Assembly: GCA_023248155.1 (NCBI GenBank)
Contig: JAHFFE010000003.1
Location: 212,159-276,158, forward strand
Reading direction: 5' to 3'
Length of the DNA: 64,000 bases
Source: Candidatus Omnitrophota bacterium
GTDB taxonomy: Bacteria; Omnitrophota; Gorgyraeia; 1-14-0-20-64-10
The position numbers and the translations under genes were made by a program. This document shows positions 45,221 to 55,426 of this stretch, one piece after another. The stretch's first letter is position 1, and the number at the start of each line of letters is the position of its first letter. The notes beneath the pieces are model-generated. The model was not told the DNA's origin. It ran no database searches and saw nothing but the letters and a program-made list of their open reading frames with translations.

Positions 45221-46333
45221 TCAGAGTCCGAGGACCAGCCGCGCGGTATCGGCCGCGGCGTGGGGCTTTCCGAGCCGGCGCGCATGCTGGGCCATTGTTT
45301 TTAGATCATCAGGATGATGCAGCAGTTTGCGAACCACGGTGGCCAGGTGATCTGTTTTTTTGACCAGCAGTCCGGCCTTTTGCGATACCAGGAAATTGGC
45401 GTTGCGCATCTCCTGGCCCGGAATCGGATTGAGCGCGACGATCGGCAGCCCTTTCACCAGCGCCTCTGAAGTCGTCAAGCCGCCCGGTTTCGTGATAATC
45501 AGGCTGGAGACGCTCATCAGATCGGCGATGAAATCGACATGCGCGAATATACGTACCGGATGTTTCAGCGATGGAGCCCGCTTGATCAGACGGTGATAAA
45601 GCGATTCATTGCTTCCGGTGACCACCAGCAGTTGAAACGGCGCACTGATTTTATCGAGATCGTCGACCGCTTCCACCAGAGGACCCAAGCCCTGCCCGCC
45701 ACCCATCATCAGGAGCGTCGGCAGATGCGGATCAAGCTGAAGCCGGCGGCGGATCGACAACCAGTCGGGAGTGTGTCCGAACAACGGGTCGATTGGGATA
45801 CCGAACACCGATATTTTTTTTGGATCAATTTTGTGATCCACGAGCCAGTGTTTGGTTGTCTCGGCTGGCACCACATATCCATCCACCTGGTCATGCACCC
45901 AATAGGCATGCGGCGAGAAATCGGTCAATATGCCATACAATGGAATATTTTTTGTGTGTTCACGCTTGTAGTCGGAAACCAGCCCGCACGGAAACGCCTG
46001 CGTGCAGGCGACCACATCCGGGTTAAAATCGCGCATCAGCGCCTGTAAACGGGGGGAATCATACCGGTGCAATAGTTCGCGGATCTGCTGGGAGCGGCGA
46101 ACCACTTTTGGATTATCGTAGAGGTAGTCCCATACTTCAGGGGCCTTCTTGATAACGGAGAGGTACATCCGGTCGATCAAACGCGCCAAAAAAGGATTTA
46201 AGTACTGGAACGCGTCGATGTTCAGGATTTCCGCTTTGGGATTCAATTCGCGGATCGAATGCTCGATGGCGCGCGCCGCCCGGTAATGACCTGAATTCAC
46301 CGTGATATGGGTGAGAAGGATCCGGTGCCGCAT
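45221..46333 (-). CDS. MGDG-synthase-family/GT28 diacylglycerol glycosyltransferase (UgtP/MurG-like)
   Basis: N-terminal MGDG_synth-like region and a C-terminal GT28 region (LLMMGGGQGLG...ITKPGGLTTSEAL). Confidence 0.65.
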   Translation of the reverse strand: MRHRILLTHITVNSGHYRAARAIEHSIRELNPKAEILNIDAFQYLNPFLARLIDRMYLSVIKKAPEVWDYLYDNPKVVRRSQQIRELLHRYDSPRLQALMRDFNPDVVACTQAFPCGLVSDYKREHTKNIPLYGILTDFSPHAYWVHDQVDGYVVPAETTKHWLVDHKIDPKKISVFGIPIDPLFGHTPDWLSIRRRLQLDPHLPTLLMMGGGQGLGPLVEAVDDLDKISAPFQLLVVTGSNESLYHRLIKRAPSLKHPVRIFAHVDFIADLMSVSSLIITKPGGLTTSEALVKGLPIVALNPIPGQEMRNANFLVSQKAGLLVKKTDHLATVVRKLLHHPDDLKTMAQHARRLGKPHAAADTARLVLGL

Positions 46334-46360
46334 TGAAAGACTCCTGGTGTTGGAACCGGT

Positions 46361-47551
46361 CTAACTGGAGATGGCCAAAACCTTACGGATCCGGTCCAGC
46401 GCTTCTTTCAGCCGGGGTTCCGGCTCTACCAGCGCGAACCGAACATACCCTTCCCCGTACTCCCCGAACCCGGTTCCGGGAGCGGTCACAACGCCGGCTT
46501 CCCTGACAAGGAGTGTCGAGAATTCCAACGAGGTCAATCCCTGGAACTTGGGCGGAATATGCGCCCAAATATAAAAAGTTGCTTTTGGAATCGGCACATT
46601 CCAGCCCATCTCATGCAACCCCTTGACGAACAGATCGCGCCGCTTCCGATAGGTTTCCACCAGATCCTTCACATAATCCTGAGGTCCGGTCAGCGCCAGG
46701 ATCGTCGCTTCCTGGATCGCGCGGAAGATGCCGAAGTCGATGTACGATTTTGTTTTCGCCAGTGATTTCAGAATTTCCGGATGTCCCACTGCCCAGGCGA
46801 TTCGCCAACCGGCCATATTGTAACTTTTGGAACAGGTGTGGAACTCGACGCAATAAGCGTCTTTCGCGCCCTTGGCCTGAAAAATACTGGGTGCTTTGTA
46901 GCCGTCAAAAACGATGTCCGAGTAGGCAATGTCGGAACACAAAATAATATCCTTGCCCTTGCCCCAGTCGACCAGTTCCTGATAAAAATCAAGGTCGACG
47001 GTGGCCGTCGTCGGGTTATGCGGATAGCTCACCAGAAAAATCTTGGTCATCTTGACCAGGTCTCGGTTCAACGTAGCAAAATTTGGGCGGAAATTATTTT
47101 CAGGTCCAAGTGGAATGTTGCACAGAATGCCGCCGGCCATGATCACGCCGTTGGCATGAACCGGATAATTCGGGCTTGTCACCATGCCGATGTCGTCGTT
47201 GTTCAGGAACGCCAGAGAGAGATGCGCAATTCCTTCCTTCGATCCAATCAGCGGAAGCACTTCCGTTTCCGGGTCCAGCTTCACGCCGAACCGCTGGTCG
47301 TACCATTGCGCGATCGCTTTGCGCAGACCTTTTTCGACATCGCCGTACGGCCGGGAATAGCGGTGGTTTTCCGGTTTCCTAACGGCAGCGGCCAGCGCTT
47401 CCACCACATGAGGAGGACTCGGTAAATCGGGATTACCCATACCCAAATCGATGAGGTCCTGCCCACGGGCCTTTGCCTGTTCTTTTAATTGATCAATAAT
47501 CGTAAACAGGTAGAGTGGCAGACGCTTCATTCGATTCGCTTCTGATAACAT
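46361..47551 (-). CDS. Class I/II PLP-dependent aminotransferase, LL-diaminopimelate aminotransferase (DapL)-like
   Basis: LPLYLFTIIDQLK at the N-terminus, SYPHNPTT, and the PLP lysine in CSKSYNMAGWR. Confidence 0.6.
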   Translation of the reverse strand: MLSEANRMKRLPLYLFTIIDQLKEQAKARGQDLIDLGMGNPDLPSPPHVVEALAAAVRKPENHRYSRPYGDVEKGLRKAIAQWYDQRFGVKLDPETEVLPLIGSKEGIAHLSLAFLNNDDIGMVTSPNYPVHANGVIMAGGILCNIPLGPENNFRPNFATLNRDLVKMTKIFLVSYPHNPTTATVDLDFYQELVDWGKGKDIILCSDIAYSDIVFDGYKAPSIFQAKGAKDAYCVEFHTCSKSYNMAGWRIAWAVGHPEILKSLAKTKSYIDFGIFRAIQEATILALTGPQDYVKDLVETYRKRRDLFVKGLHEMGWNVPIPKATFYIWAHIPPKFQGLTSLEFSTLLVREAGVVTAPGTGFGEYGEGYVRFALVEPEPRLKEALDRIRKVLAISS

Positions 47552-47563
47552 GCTTTCCCCCTC

Positions 47564-48424
47564 CTAGGGTGCTTCCTGGCCCGCCTGCAGCGCTTCATAC
47601 GCGTTATAGGAAGACCGAACATACGGCGCGCTGGCTACAAACGAAAATCCCATCTGCTGCGCCCACTCCTGATAAATTTTAAACTGCCCGGGTGTTACAA
47701 ACTCGGCCACCGCCGCGTGATTTTCAGTCGGACGCAGATACTGGCCGATCGTTACAATGTCGCATCCGGCGGAGCGTAAGTCAATCAATGCCTGACGGAC
47801 TTCTTCAGGCGTTTCGCCCATGCCGACCATAATTCCGCTTTTCGTCTTTAAACCGGGCCTGCCCAGTTCCGCAGCCAAACGCAAAACGCTCAGTGAGCGC
47901 TGGTAATCGGCCTGCGGCCGCACGCCGCGAGACAGCCGCACCACCGTTTCCAGATTGTGGTTGAACACATCCGGCGCCGCGTCGACGACGGTACGAATCA
48001 ATTCCGGCCGCGCGTGAAAATCAGGCGTCAGCACTTCAATCTGCGTTTCCTGCGCACGCCCTCGAATGGCCCGAATGCAAGCAGCGAAAAATGCGGCCCC
48101 TTCATCGGGCAGATCATCGCGGGCGACTGAAGTCACCACCGCGTATTTCAATCCCAGCCGCGCGATCGCTTCGGCCAGCCGCTGCGGCTCATCCCAATCG
48201 ACGGCCGACGGTTTCCCGGTATCGACCGCGCAGAATGAACAACGCCGCGTGCAGCGGTCACCCAAAATCATGAAGCTGACGTTGCCGTGGCTCCAGCACT
48301 CACCCAAATTCGGACAGCGCGCTTCTTCACAAACCGTGTGGAGCTTTAATTCTCCAACCAGCGCCTTGGCCTGGTCCCACTGCCCGTGCACCGACAAAGG
48401 CCGGCGCAGCCAGGCGGGAAACAT
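47564..48424 (-). CDS. lipA: Lipoyl synthase
   Basis: CEEARCPNLGECW and CTRRCSFC are the two Fe-S cysteine motifs. Confidence 0.9.
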   Translation of the reverse strand: MFPAWLRRPLSVHGQWDQAKALVGELKLHTVCEEARCPNLGECWSHGNVSFMILGDRCTRRCSFCAVDTGKPSAVDWDEPQRLAEAIARLGLKYAVVTSVARDDLPDEGAAFFAACIRAIRGRAQETQIEVLTPDFHARPELIRTVVDAAPDVFNHNLETVVRLSRGVRPQADYQRSLSVLRLAAELGRPGLKTKSGIMVGMGETPEEVRQALIDLRSAGCDIVTIGQYLRPTENHAAVAEFVTPGQFKIYQEWAQQMGFSFVASAPYVRSSYNAYEALQAGQEAP

Positions 48425-48427
48425 CCG

Positions 48428-49513
48428 TTAGCCTTTCTTGACCCGGGCGATAATGGCGTCGGCCATTTCGCGCGTTCCAACGCTGGCGGCAGTCCGGTCG
48501 GCCTTCAAATCGTAGGTCACGAACTTGCCTTCCTTCACGATATCGGCAACCGCTTTCTCGAGGCGATCGGCCGCGGCCGTTTCGCCCAAATAGCGCAGCA
48601 TCAAAACACCGGAAAGGATCGTCGCCACCGGATTCACCTTGTTCTGTCCCGCATACTTGGGAGCCGAACCATGAACCGGTTCAAACAGCGCGATGCCGTC
48701 GCCGATGTTGGCGCCCGGCGCCATCCCGAGACCGCCGATCAATCCGGCGCAGAGGTCGGAAATAATATCGCCATACAAGTTCGGAAGCAACAGCAGATCA
48801 AACGCTTCCGGTCTTTGCACCAGCTGCATGCACATGTTGTCGACCAGCCGGTCTTCAAATTCAATCTTGCCCTCGTATTCAGCCGCTACTTCACGCGCCG
48901 ATTCGAGAAACAGTCCGTCCGAATATTTCATGATGTTCGCCTTGTGGACGGCCGTCACTTTTTTGCGGTTGTTCTTCACGGCGTATTCAAACGCGAATTT
49001 GGCAATCCGCTTCGAGGCGGTGCGTGAAATCGGCTTTAACGAAACAGCCGCGTCCGGACGGATTGTTTTTCCGCCCTTTGATTTCACCCACTCAATCAGC
49101 TCTTTCACTTCGGGCGTCCCATCGTCGTACTCAATGCCCGCGTAAAGATCTTCGGAGTTTTCGCGCACGATCACCATGTCGATATTTTTGTGAAACGCCG
49201 GCGCGCCTTCGTACAATTTCGCAGGGCGTACGCAGGCATACAAATCGAGCGCGTGGCGCAGCGCCACATTCACGGAACGGATTCCCTTGCCGATCGGCGT
49301 CGTGATCGGCCCTTTTAACGCAACTTTGTTTTTGCGGATTGATTCCAGAACCGACTCCGGCAGCGGAGATCCATGCTTGGCAATGGCGCCTTCACCGGCC
49401 TCACCCATCGTCCAGTTAAACGCAACGCCGGTCGCTTCCAAACAACGCTTTGTCGCCTCCGCGACTTCCGGCCCGATCCCGTCGCCCGGAATTAATGTAA
49501 CTGAATATGCCAT
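48428..49513 (-). CDS. icd: Isocitrate/isopropylmalate dehydrogenase family enzyme, most like NAD-type isocitrate dehydrogenase
   Basis: [11 protein letters not shown] and [27 protein letters not shown]. Confidence 0.7.
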   Translation of the reverse strand: MAYSVTLIPGDGIGPEVAEATKRCLEATGVAFNWTMGEAGEGAIAKHGSPLPESVLESIRKNKVALKGPITTPIGKGIRSVNVALRHALDLYACVRPAKLYEGAPAFHKNIDMVIVRENSEDLYAGIEYDDGTPEVKELIEWVKSKGGKTIRPDAAVSLKPISRTASKRIAKFAFEYAVKNNRKKVTAVHKANIMKYSDGLFLESAREVAAEYEGKIEFEDRLVDNMCMQLVQRPEAFDLLLLPNLYGDIISDLCAGLIGGLGMAPGANIGDGIALFEPVHGSAPKYAGQNKVNPVATILSGVLMLRYLGETAAADRLEKAVADIVKEGKFVTYDLKADRTAASVGTREMADAIIARVKKG

Positions 49514-49516
49514 CGA

Positions 49517-50674
49517 TTAGACGCTCCGAATAAATTGATCAAAACGGTTTAACCCCTCTTCCAAATCTTTCCTTCCCAGCGCGAAACTTAACCGGACACA
49601 GCTATCCCATCCAAAACCGGAACCTGGGATTGCCGCGACCAAAGATTCTTTCAAAAACTTCTCCGCGAACGGGTCCGACTTCATACCGCTCGCCGAGATA
49701 TCGACGAAGCAGTAAAAAGCGCCGTGCGGTTCCACGAACGAAATTTTTTCGATCGACTTCAGACGCTTCACAAGAAAATCACGCCGCCACGAGAATTCCT
49801 TCACCATCTCATGAATCGGAGACTGATCACCGGTCAACGCGGCCACGGCCGCCTTTTGGCTGATTGAAGTGGGGTTCGAAGTGGAATGATCCTGCAGACG
49901 GGAGGCCGCGTCAACCACCTCTTTCGGTCCGGCCAGATACCCGATGCGCCAGCCGGTCATCGCGTACGCTTTTGAAACACCATCGACGACGATGGTGCGG
50001 TCCATCACCTCCGGCGCAACGGTGGCAATCGAAGGAGAATCGGTGCCGTAGGACAACTGGGAATAAATCTCGTCGCTGATGATCCAGAGGTTTTTCTCGC
50101 GCGCGACCTGCGCCAGTTTCTTCAGGCAGTCGGCCGACAAAACAACACCGGTCGGATTGGACGGACTATTGAGGATCAATACTTTTGTGCGCGGCGTGCA
50201 GGCCTTGGCAACGGCAGCCGGATCGAGCTGGAATCCGTTCTTCGGATCGGTCCGCAGTTCCACCGGAGTCGCTCCGGCCAGCCGGACCATTTCAGGATAG
50301 CTGACCCAGTACGGAGACGGAATCAGAACTTCATCGCCCTGCTCGACCAACACCATCAGCAGATTATAAATCGCCTGCTTCGCGCCGCAGGTAACGGCAA
50401 TCTGTTCCGGTTTATAGGAAAGACCGCGTTCCTTGAGCAGACGGGCGGCGATGGCCGCTTTTAAATCGGGGGTTCCGGTGGTCGGCGTATATTTGGTAAA
50501 CCCGGACTGAATCGCCTGAACAGCAGCCGCCTTGATAAAATCGGGCGTATCAAAATCAGGCTCTCCGGCCGCAAGATTGATGACCTGCTTGCCTTCCGCC
50601 TGCAGCTGTTTCGCCAACGCCGTAAAACGGAGCGTTGGAGAAGCCTTGACGGCCTGGATGCGCTGGTTCAACAT
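49517..50674 (-). CDS. aspC: Aspartate aminotransferase (class I)
   Basis: LAAGEPDFDTP, NSPSNPTG and SKAYAMTGWRIGY (the PLP lysine). Confidence 0.8.
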   Translation of the reverse strand: MLNQRIQAVKASPTLRFTALAKQLQAEGKQVINLAAGEPDFDTPDFIKAAAVQAIQSGFTKYTPTTGTPDLKAAIAARLLKERGLSYKPEQIAVTCGAKQAIYNLLMVLVEQGDEVLIPSPYWVSYPEMVRLAGATPVELRTDPKNGFQLDPAAVAKACTPRTKVLILNSPSNPTGVVLSADCLKKLAQVAREKNLWIISDEIYSQLSYGTDSPSIATVAPEVMDRTIVVDGVSKAYAMTGWRIGYLAGPKEVVDAASRLQDHSTSNPTSISQKAAVAALTGDQSPIHEMVKEFSWRRDFLVKRLKSIEKISFVEPHGAFYCFVDISASGMKSDPFAEKFLKESLVAAIPGSGFGWDSCVRLSFALGRKDLEEGLNRFDQFIRSV

Positions 50675-50686
50675 GCGCGCACCCGT

Positions 50687-51178
50687 TTAGCCGTCGGACT
50701 TCTTGGCGCCTTTGCTCTTTTGAGCGGCGCCGGCAGGTCCTTTTTTACCCTGGGTTTCGTCGGAAATGGCCGCCGGCTTCTTCTCGGCATCTGCCGGCTT
50801 TAACTTATCCTTCTTTTTCTGGCTCAGTTCAACGAGCTCAAGGATCGACATCCGCGCGCTGTCACCGGCACGGACACCGTCATGAAGCACGCGCGTGTAT
50901 CCGCCGTTGCGGCCCTGAAAACGGGGCGCAATTTCGGCAAATAACTTGCGAATGACTTCGGTATCATTGAGAATCGTTAATGCCTGCCGCCGGGCCGCCA
51001 AAGATCCCTTCTTGCCCAGCGTGATCAGCTTTTCAGTGATCTGCTGCGCTTCCTTGGCTTTGGCATGCGTCGTCCGAATCTGCTCATTGATCAACAATGC
51101 CTGAGCGAGACTGCGGACAGTGGCCTTACGCCATTGTGAATTACGGCCGAAATTTCGTGTCACAACTCCATGCGACAT
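50687..51178 (-). CDS. rplQ: 50S ribosomal protein L17
   Basis: L17 core with a Lys/Ala-rich C-terminal tail. It follows rpoA. Confidence 0.9.
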   Translation of the reverse strand: MSHGVVTRNFGRNSQWRKATVRSLAQALLINEQIRTTHAKAKEAQQITEKLITLGKKGSLAARRQALTILNDTEVIRKLFAEIAPRFQGRNGGYTRVLHDGVRAGDSARMSILELVELSQKKKDKLKPADAEKKPAAISDETQGKKGPAGAAQKSKGAKKSDG

Positions 51179-51188
51179 GGCTATCCCC

Positions 51189-52181
51189 TTATTCGGAAAC
51201 CTGCTCCAGAATTTTCTTGTCCAGTTTCATTCCAAAATCGAGACCCATTCCCTTGAGAATAACCCCAATCTCGGTCAACGACTTCTTTCCAAAATTGCGG
51301 TACTTGAGCATTTCCGGCTCGGATTTCTGCACGAGATCGGCCAATGTCTTGATCTTGGCCTCACGCAGGCAGTTCGCCGAACGAACCGACAATTCCAGTT
51401 CGCTGACCGGCATCCGCAGCTTGTCGACGATATCATCGGAAAGATCCTGCTCTTCCGACTGCGCTTCTTCGTCGGGAAGCTCGCCGAACGAGGTGAATAC
51501 TTCCAGATGCTTCTGGAAGATATGCCCCGCCGTCAACAGCGCTTCTTTCGGATTGATTGAGCCATTGGTCCAGATCTCGATAATCAACCGCTCGTAATCG
51601 GTCATCTGTCCGACGCGGGTATTCTCGACCCAGAAATTCACTTTGCGGACCGGAGAAAAAATCGAATCAATCGGAACCACGCCGATCGGCTGCGATTCTT
51701 TCCGGTTGCGGTCGGCCGGCACATAACCGCGGCCGATGCCGAGTTCCATCTCGAGATGGAACTTGCCCGACTTGGTCAGCGTCGCGATGTGCAGGTCGGG
51801 ATTCAGAACCTCGACCGTTTCATCGGTGACGATGTCCGACGCCTTGATGGCGCCCTTCGATTCCTTCGCGATCGTCAGCGTCTTCGGCGAACGGGAATGC
51901 GACTTGAGCACCAGCTGCTTGATGTTCATCACGATTTCCGGAACATCTTCCGTCACGCCCGGAACCGTCGAGAACTCGTGCAGAGCCCCGTCGAACTTCA
52001 CCGACGTAACCGCAGCCCCCTCAAGCGAAGACAACAGAACACGGCGCAGCGCGTTGCCGACCGTCGTTCCATAACCCCGCTCAAACGGTTCCGCAATAAA
52101 TTTTCCATAATTCAGCGCGTAAGAAGATTCTTCCACTTCCACGCGAGACGGCATTTCAAAATCTTTCCATGCGATTCCCAT
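51189..52181 (-). CDS. rpoA: DNA-directed RNA polymerase subunit alpha
   Basis: N-terminal dimerisation domain and a C-terminal alpha-CTD (RSANCLREAKIKTLADL). Confidence 0.95.
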   Translation of the reverse strand: MGIAWKDFEMPSRVEVEESSYALNYGKFIAEPFERGYGTTVGNALRRVLLSSLEGAAVTSVKFDGALHEFSTVPGVTEDVPEIVMNIKQLVLKSHSRSPKTLTIAKESKGAIKASDIVTDETVEVLNPDLHIATLTKSGKFHLEMELGIGRGYVPADRNRKESQPIGVVPIDSIFSPVRKVNFWVENTRVGQMTDYERLIIEIWTNGSINPKEALLTAGHIFQKHLEVFTSFGELPDEEAQSEEQDLSDDIVDKLRMPVSELELSVRSANCLREAKIKTLADLVQKSEPEMLKYRNFGKKSLTEIGVILKGMGLDFGMKLDKKILEQVSE

Positions 52182-52194
52182 GAAATCCTCCTGA

Positions 52195-52824
52195 TTACTT
52201 CGAGTACAACTCGACGATCAAAGATTCTTGGACCGGGAACTGAACATCGTCCCGTTTCGGAATTCCCACAACGGTACCCGCCGGTTCTTCCGGATGACGT
52301 TCCAGCCACGCCGGTAAAGGACGCTCTTTAGTCGCTTCACGCGTCTCTTTAATCTGGGCCAGGAACTTCTCCGAACCCATCAGACGAATCGCCACGCCCG
52401 GCCGCACGGAGTAAGACGGAATATTCACCCGCCGGTTCGCAATCCGCACATGGCCGTGAGAGACGATCAACCGGGCCTGGGACCGTGAGGTCGCAAAACC
52501 CAGCCGGAACACGACATTGTCCAGCCGCCGCTCCAGCAACTCGAGCAGCTTTTCACCGGTAACTCCCTTCGCGCGCGTCGCCTGCGAAAAGGTGCTCCGG
52601 AACTGTTTTTCCATCAACCCGTACATTCGTTTTACTTTTTGCTTCTCGCGCAGCTGAAGGCCATAGTCCGACAGCTTCTTGACGCGCGCATCCCCATGCT
52701 GACCGGGAGGAAAACTGCGCTTCTGGAACGGGCACTTTTCCGTCAAACATTTCGTGCCCTTCAAAAATAATTTCATGCCTTGACGGCGGCAAAGGCGGCA
52801 GGAAGGTCCTGTATATCGTGCCAT
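52195..52824 (-). CDS. rpsD: 30S ribosomal protein S4
   Basis: MARYTGPSCRLCRRQG. Confidence 0.95.
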   Translation of the reverse strand: MARYTGPSCRLCRRQGMKLFLKGTKCLTEKCPFQKRSFPPGQHGDARVKKLSDYGLQLREKQKVKRMYGLMEKQFRSTFSQATRAKGVTGEKLLELLERRLDNVVFRLGFATSRSQARLIVSHGHVRIANRRVNIPSYSVRPGVAIRLMGSEKFLAQIKETREATKERPLPAWLERHPEEPAGTVVGIPKRDDVQFPVQESLIVELYSK

Positions 52825-53211
52825 TTAGACTCTCCGCCGTTTCGGGGGACGGCAGCCGTTATGCGGAACCGGCGTCACATCCCGAATCACTTTGATCGTC
52901 AAGCCGGCGGCCTGCAGCGCGCGAACCGCTGATTCGCGTCCCGACCCGGGTCCCTTGACGAAAACTTCCACTTCCTTCATGCCCGCGCTGATCGCCTTCT
53001 TCGCCGCATCCTCGGCAGCCACCTGCGCCGCGAACGGAGTCGACTTCTTGGACCCGGTGAATTTCACCGTGCCGGTCGACGCCCAGCAGATCACATTGCC
53101 CTGCCGGTCCGTAATCGTGACAATCGTGTTGTTAAATGTGGAATGGATATGCGCGATTCCGCTGCTTACTTGTATTCTCGCCTTCTTGCGAGGCTTTGCA
53201 CCGTCAGCCAT
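52825..53211 (-). CDS. rpsK: 30S ribosomal protein S11
   Basis: [18 protein letters not shown]. Confidence 0.95.
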   Translation of the reverse strand: MADGAKPRKKARIQVSSGIAHIHSTFNNTIVTITDRQGNVICWASTGTVKFTGSKKSTPFAAQVAAEDAAKKAISAGMKEVEVFVKGPGSGRESAVRALQAAGLTIKVIRDVTPVPHNGCRPPKRRRV

Positions 53212-53223
53212 TCAATTCCTCCT

Positions 53224-53619
53224 TTAAGCCTTTTTTCCGCCCGCGACCGGGGTCTTTTTCTTCATGCCCACACCGGCCTTGGGTCCCTTGCGCGTACGCC
53301 CGTTCGTATGCGTACGCTGGCCGCGCACCGGAAGACCGCGGCGATGCCGCGTTCCGCGGTAAGCGCCGATGTCAATCAGGCGGCGAATGTTCTGCGAAAT
53401 ATCGCGCCGAAGGTCCCCTTCCACTTTATAATTCTGAGACAGGATGCCGTTGATTTTAATAATCTGATCGTCGGTCAGATCCTTGGCCCGCGTTGTGAGA
53501 TCAATCCCGGCCTGGGTCAAAATTTTGACAGACTGGAATTTCCCGATCCCGTATAAATAGGTGAGCGCGACATCCACCCGCTTTTCGCGCGGAAGATCAA
53601 CTCCGACAATTCGTGGCAT
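53224..53619 (-). CDS. rpsM: 30S ribosomal protein S13
   Basis: [15 protein letters not shown]. Confidence 0.95.
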   Translation of the reverse strand: MPRIVGVDLPREKRVDVALTYLYGIGKFQSVKILTQAGIDLTTRAKDLTDDQIIKINGILSQNYKVEGDLRRDISQNIRRLIDIGAYRGTRHRRGLPVRGQRTHTNGRTRKGPKAGVGMKKKTPVAGGKKA

Positions 53620-53622
53620 TGA

Positions 53623-53736
53623 TTAACCCTGTCTTTGCTTGTGCCGCGGATTCGTGCAAATAACACGAGCCACGCGGTTTCGTTTAACGATACGGCACCG
53701 TTCACAAATTCGGCGAATCGACGCTTTTACCTTCAT
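53623..53736 (-). CDS. rpmJ: 50S ribosomal protein L36
   Basis: Not in the ORF track because it is 37 aa. Sequence [37 protein letters not shown] with a CxxC...C...H zinc motif. Confidence 0.9.
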   Translation of the reverse strand: MKVKASIRRICERCRIVKRNRVARVICTNPRHKQRQG

Positions 53737-53766
53737 CGCTTTGCTCTTTTCTTCCTGTCGTTTAAA

Positions 53767-53988
53767 CTACGCTTTTATCCGGAAGGTGATTCGCCCGCGT
53801 TCCAGATCGTACGGCGACATCTCTACCGTCACATTATCTCCCGGCAAAATTCGGATGAAATGCATCCGCATCTTTCCGGCCACATGGGCCAGCAACCGAT
53901 GCCCGCTTTCAAGCTCCACGCGAAACATCGCGTTCGGCAGAGCCTCAATCACTGTTCCTTCTACCTGGATGCCTTCTTCTTTGGCCAT
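53767..53988 (-). CDS. infA: Translation initiation factor IF-1
   Basis: [30 protein letters not shown]. The internal ATG overlaps the map stop as TAATG. Confidence 0.9.
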   Translation of the reverse strand: MAKEEGIQVEGTVIEALPNAMFRVELESGHRLLAHVAGKMRMHFIRILPGDNVTVEMSPYDLERGRITFRIKA

Positions 53989-54734
53989 TACTGCTTTGTC
54001 AAAATCTCCGGTCCGTGCTCCGTAATTGCCACCGTATGCTCGAAATGAGCCGACAAATTTCCATCTTTCGTCACGACCGTCCATCCGTCTTCCAAAACCC
54101 GGACGGCCGGCTTGCCCAAGTTGACCATCGGTTCAATCGCCAGAACCATCCCCGCTTTCAACTCAGGTCCAAATCCCGGAGCCCCGTAATTGGGAACTTC
54201 CGGCGGCTCATGCAGCTGCTTGCCGATCCCATGCCCCACAAACTCGCGCACCACGGTGTATCCGGCCTTCTCGGCGCAGGTCTGAACCGCGTGCGAAATA
54301 TCCGACAACCGGTTTCCGGGCCGCGCCTTCGCGATCCCTTCGTGCAGCGAACTTTCCGTGACCCGCAGCAGCTGCTTGGCTTCTTTCGAAACCGCGCCGA
54401 CTGCCACCGTCACGGCCGCATCCGCGTAATACTCTTCCACGATCGCGCCGACATCCAGCCCAACGATGTCGCCTTCGTTCAACACACGCTGCGACGGAAT
54501 TCCATGCACCACCTGCTCATTCACCGAAATACAGATGTTGCCTGGAAATCCGCGGTAGCCTTTAAATGCCACCTTGCCGCCCAACCGCACAATCGTCTGC
54601 CGAGCCAACTCATCGAGCTCAGCGGTTGTGAGTCCGGGCTTGACTGCAGCCTTCAAAACTTCCAGCAGTCCCCCCACCACTTTTCCGGCTTTGCGCATCT
54701 TCGTAATTTGATCAGCCGTTTTCAGCTCGATCAT
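53988..54734 (-). CDS. map: Methionine aminopeptidase type I
   Basis: MetAP fold, with the start set at the conserved [10 protein letters not shown]. Confidence 0.85.
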   Translation of the reverse strand: MIELKTADQITKMRKAGKVVGGLLEVLKAAVKPGLTTAELDELARQTIVRLGGKVAFKGYRGFPGNICISVNEQVVHGIPSQRVLNEGDIVGLDVGAIVEEYYADAAVTVAVGAVSKEAKQLLRVTESSLHEGIAKARPGNRLSDISHAVQTCAEKAGYTVVREFVGHGIGKQLHEPPEVPNYGAPGFGPELKAGMVLAIEPMVNLGKPAVRVLEDGWTVVTKDGNLSAHFEHTVAITEHGPEILTKQ

Positions 54735-54757
54735 ATTAAGACGAATCGCTTCCCGGG

Positions 54758-55420
54758 TCATGCCACCAGCCGCTCTTTCTTCAGCACTTCAACCAGCGCC
54801 TGATACTGCGCTTCAATTTCCAGATCGCCAGGCACCGGCCGCACTTTTTTCTGACTGCCGTAAAATTCCAGCAGCGGCTCTGTCTGCCGGTGGTACACCA
54901 CAAACCGCCGGCGGATTGTTTCCGGCTGATCATCCGGCCTCACTTGAAGCAACTCGCCGCAATGATCGCACTGTCCCGGTTTTTTCGGAACCAGGTTCTT
55001 CATGTGATAACTGGCCCCGCAGGTCCGGCAAATTCGCCGACCTTCGAGCCGCTTGAGGATTTTGTCCTCGTCCATCTCAAAATCAATAATCAGGTCGACC
55101 GGTTTGTGCCGGTGTTCGATCAGCCAGGCATCCAGCGCCAGCGCCTGATCTTTCGTCCGCGGAAACCCGTCCAGCACGAACGACTGGTTCTTGGCCAGTT
55201 TCCCGAGCCGGTCCAGCATCAACCCGGTAATCAGATCATCCGGGACTAGCTGCCCGGCCTTCATGAACCGGTCTGCCTCTTTCCCGATCGGCTCGTTACC
55301 GCGGATCGCTTCCCGCAAAATATCGCCGCTGGCCAAACTAATCACTCCGTGGCGTTGCAGCAACAACAGCGACTGCGTTCCCTTACCGGCCCCCGGAGGC
55401 CCTAAAAAAATCAGACGCAT
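54758..55420 (-). CDS. adk: Adenylate kinase with a zinc-binding lid
   Basis: GPPGAGKGTQ, plus the CRTC...CDHC lid. Confidence 0.95.
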   Translation of the reverse strand: MRLIFLGPPGAGKGTQSLLLLQRHGVISLASGDILREAIRGNEPIGKEADRFMKAGQLVPDDLITGLMLDRLGKLAKNQSFVLDGFPRTKDQALALDAWLIEHRHKPVDLIIDFEMDEDKILKRLEGRRICRTCGASYHMKNLVPKKPGQCDHCGELLQVRPDDQPETIRRRFVVYHRQTEPLLEFYGSQKKVRPVPGDLEIEAQYQALVEVLKKERLVA

Positions 55421-55426
55421 CGGGCT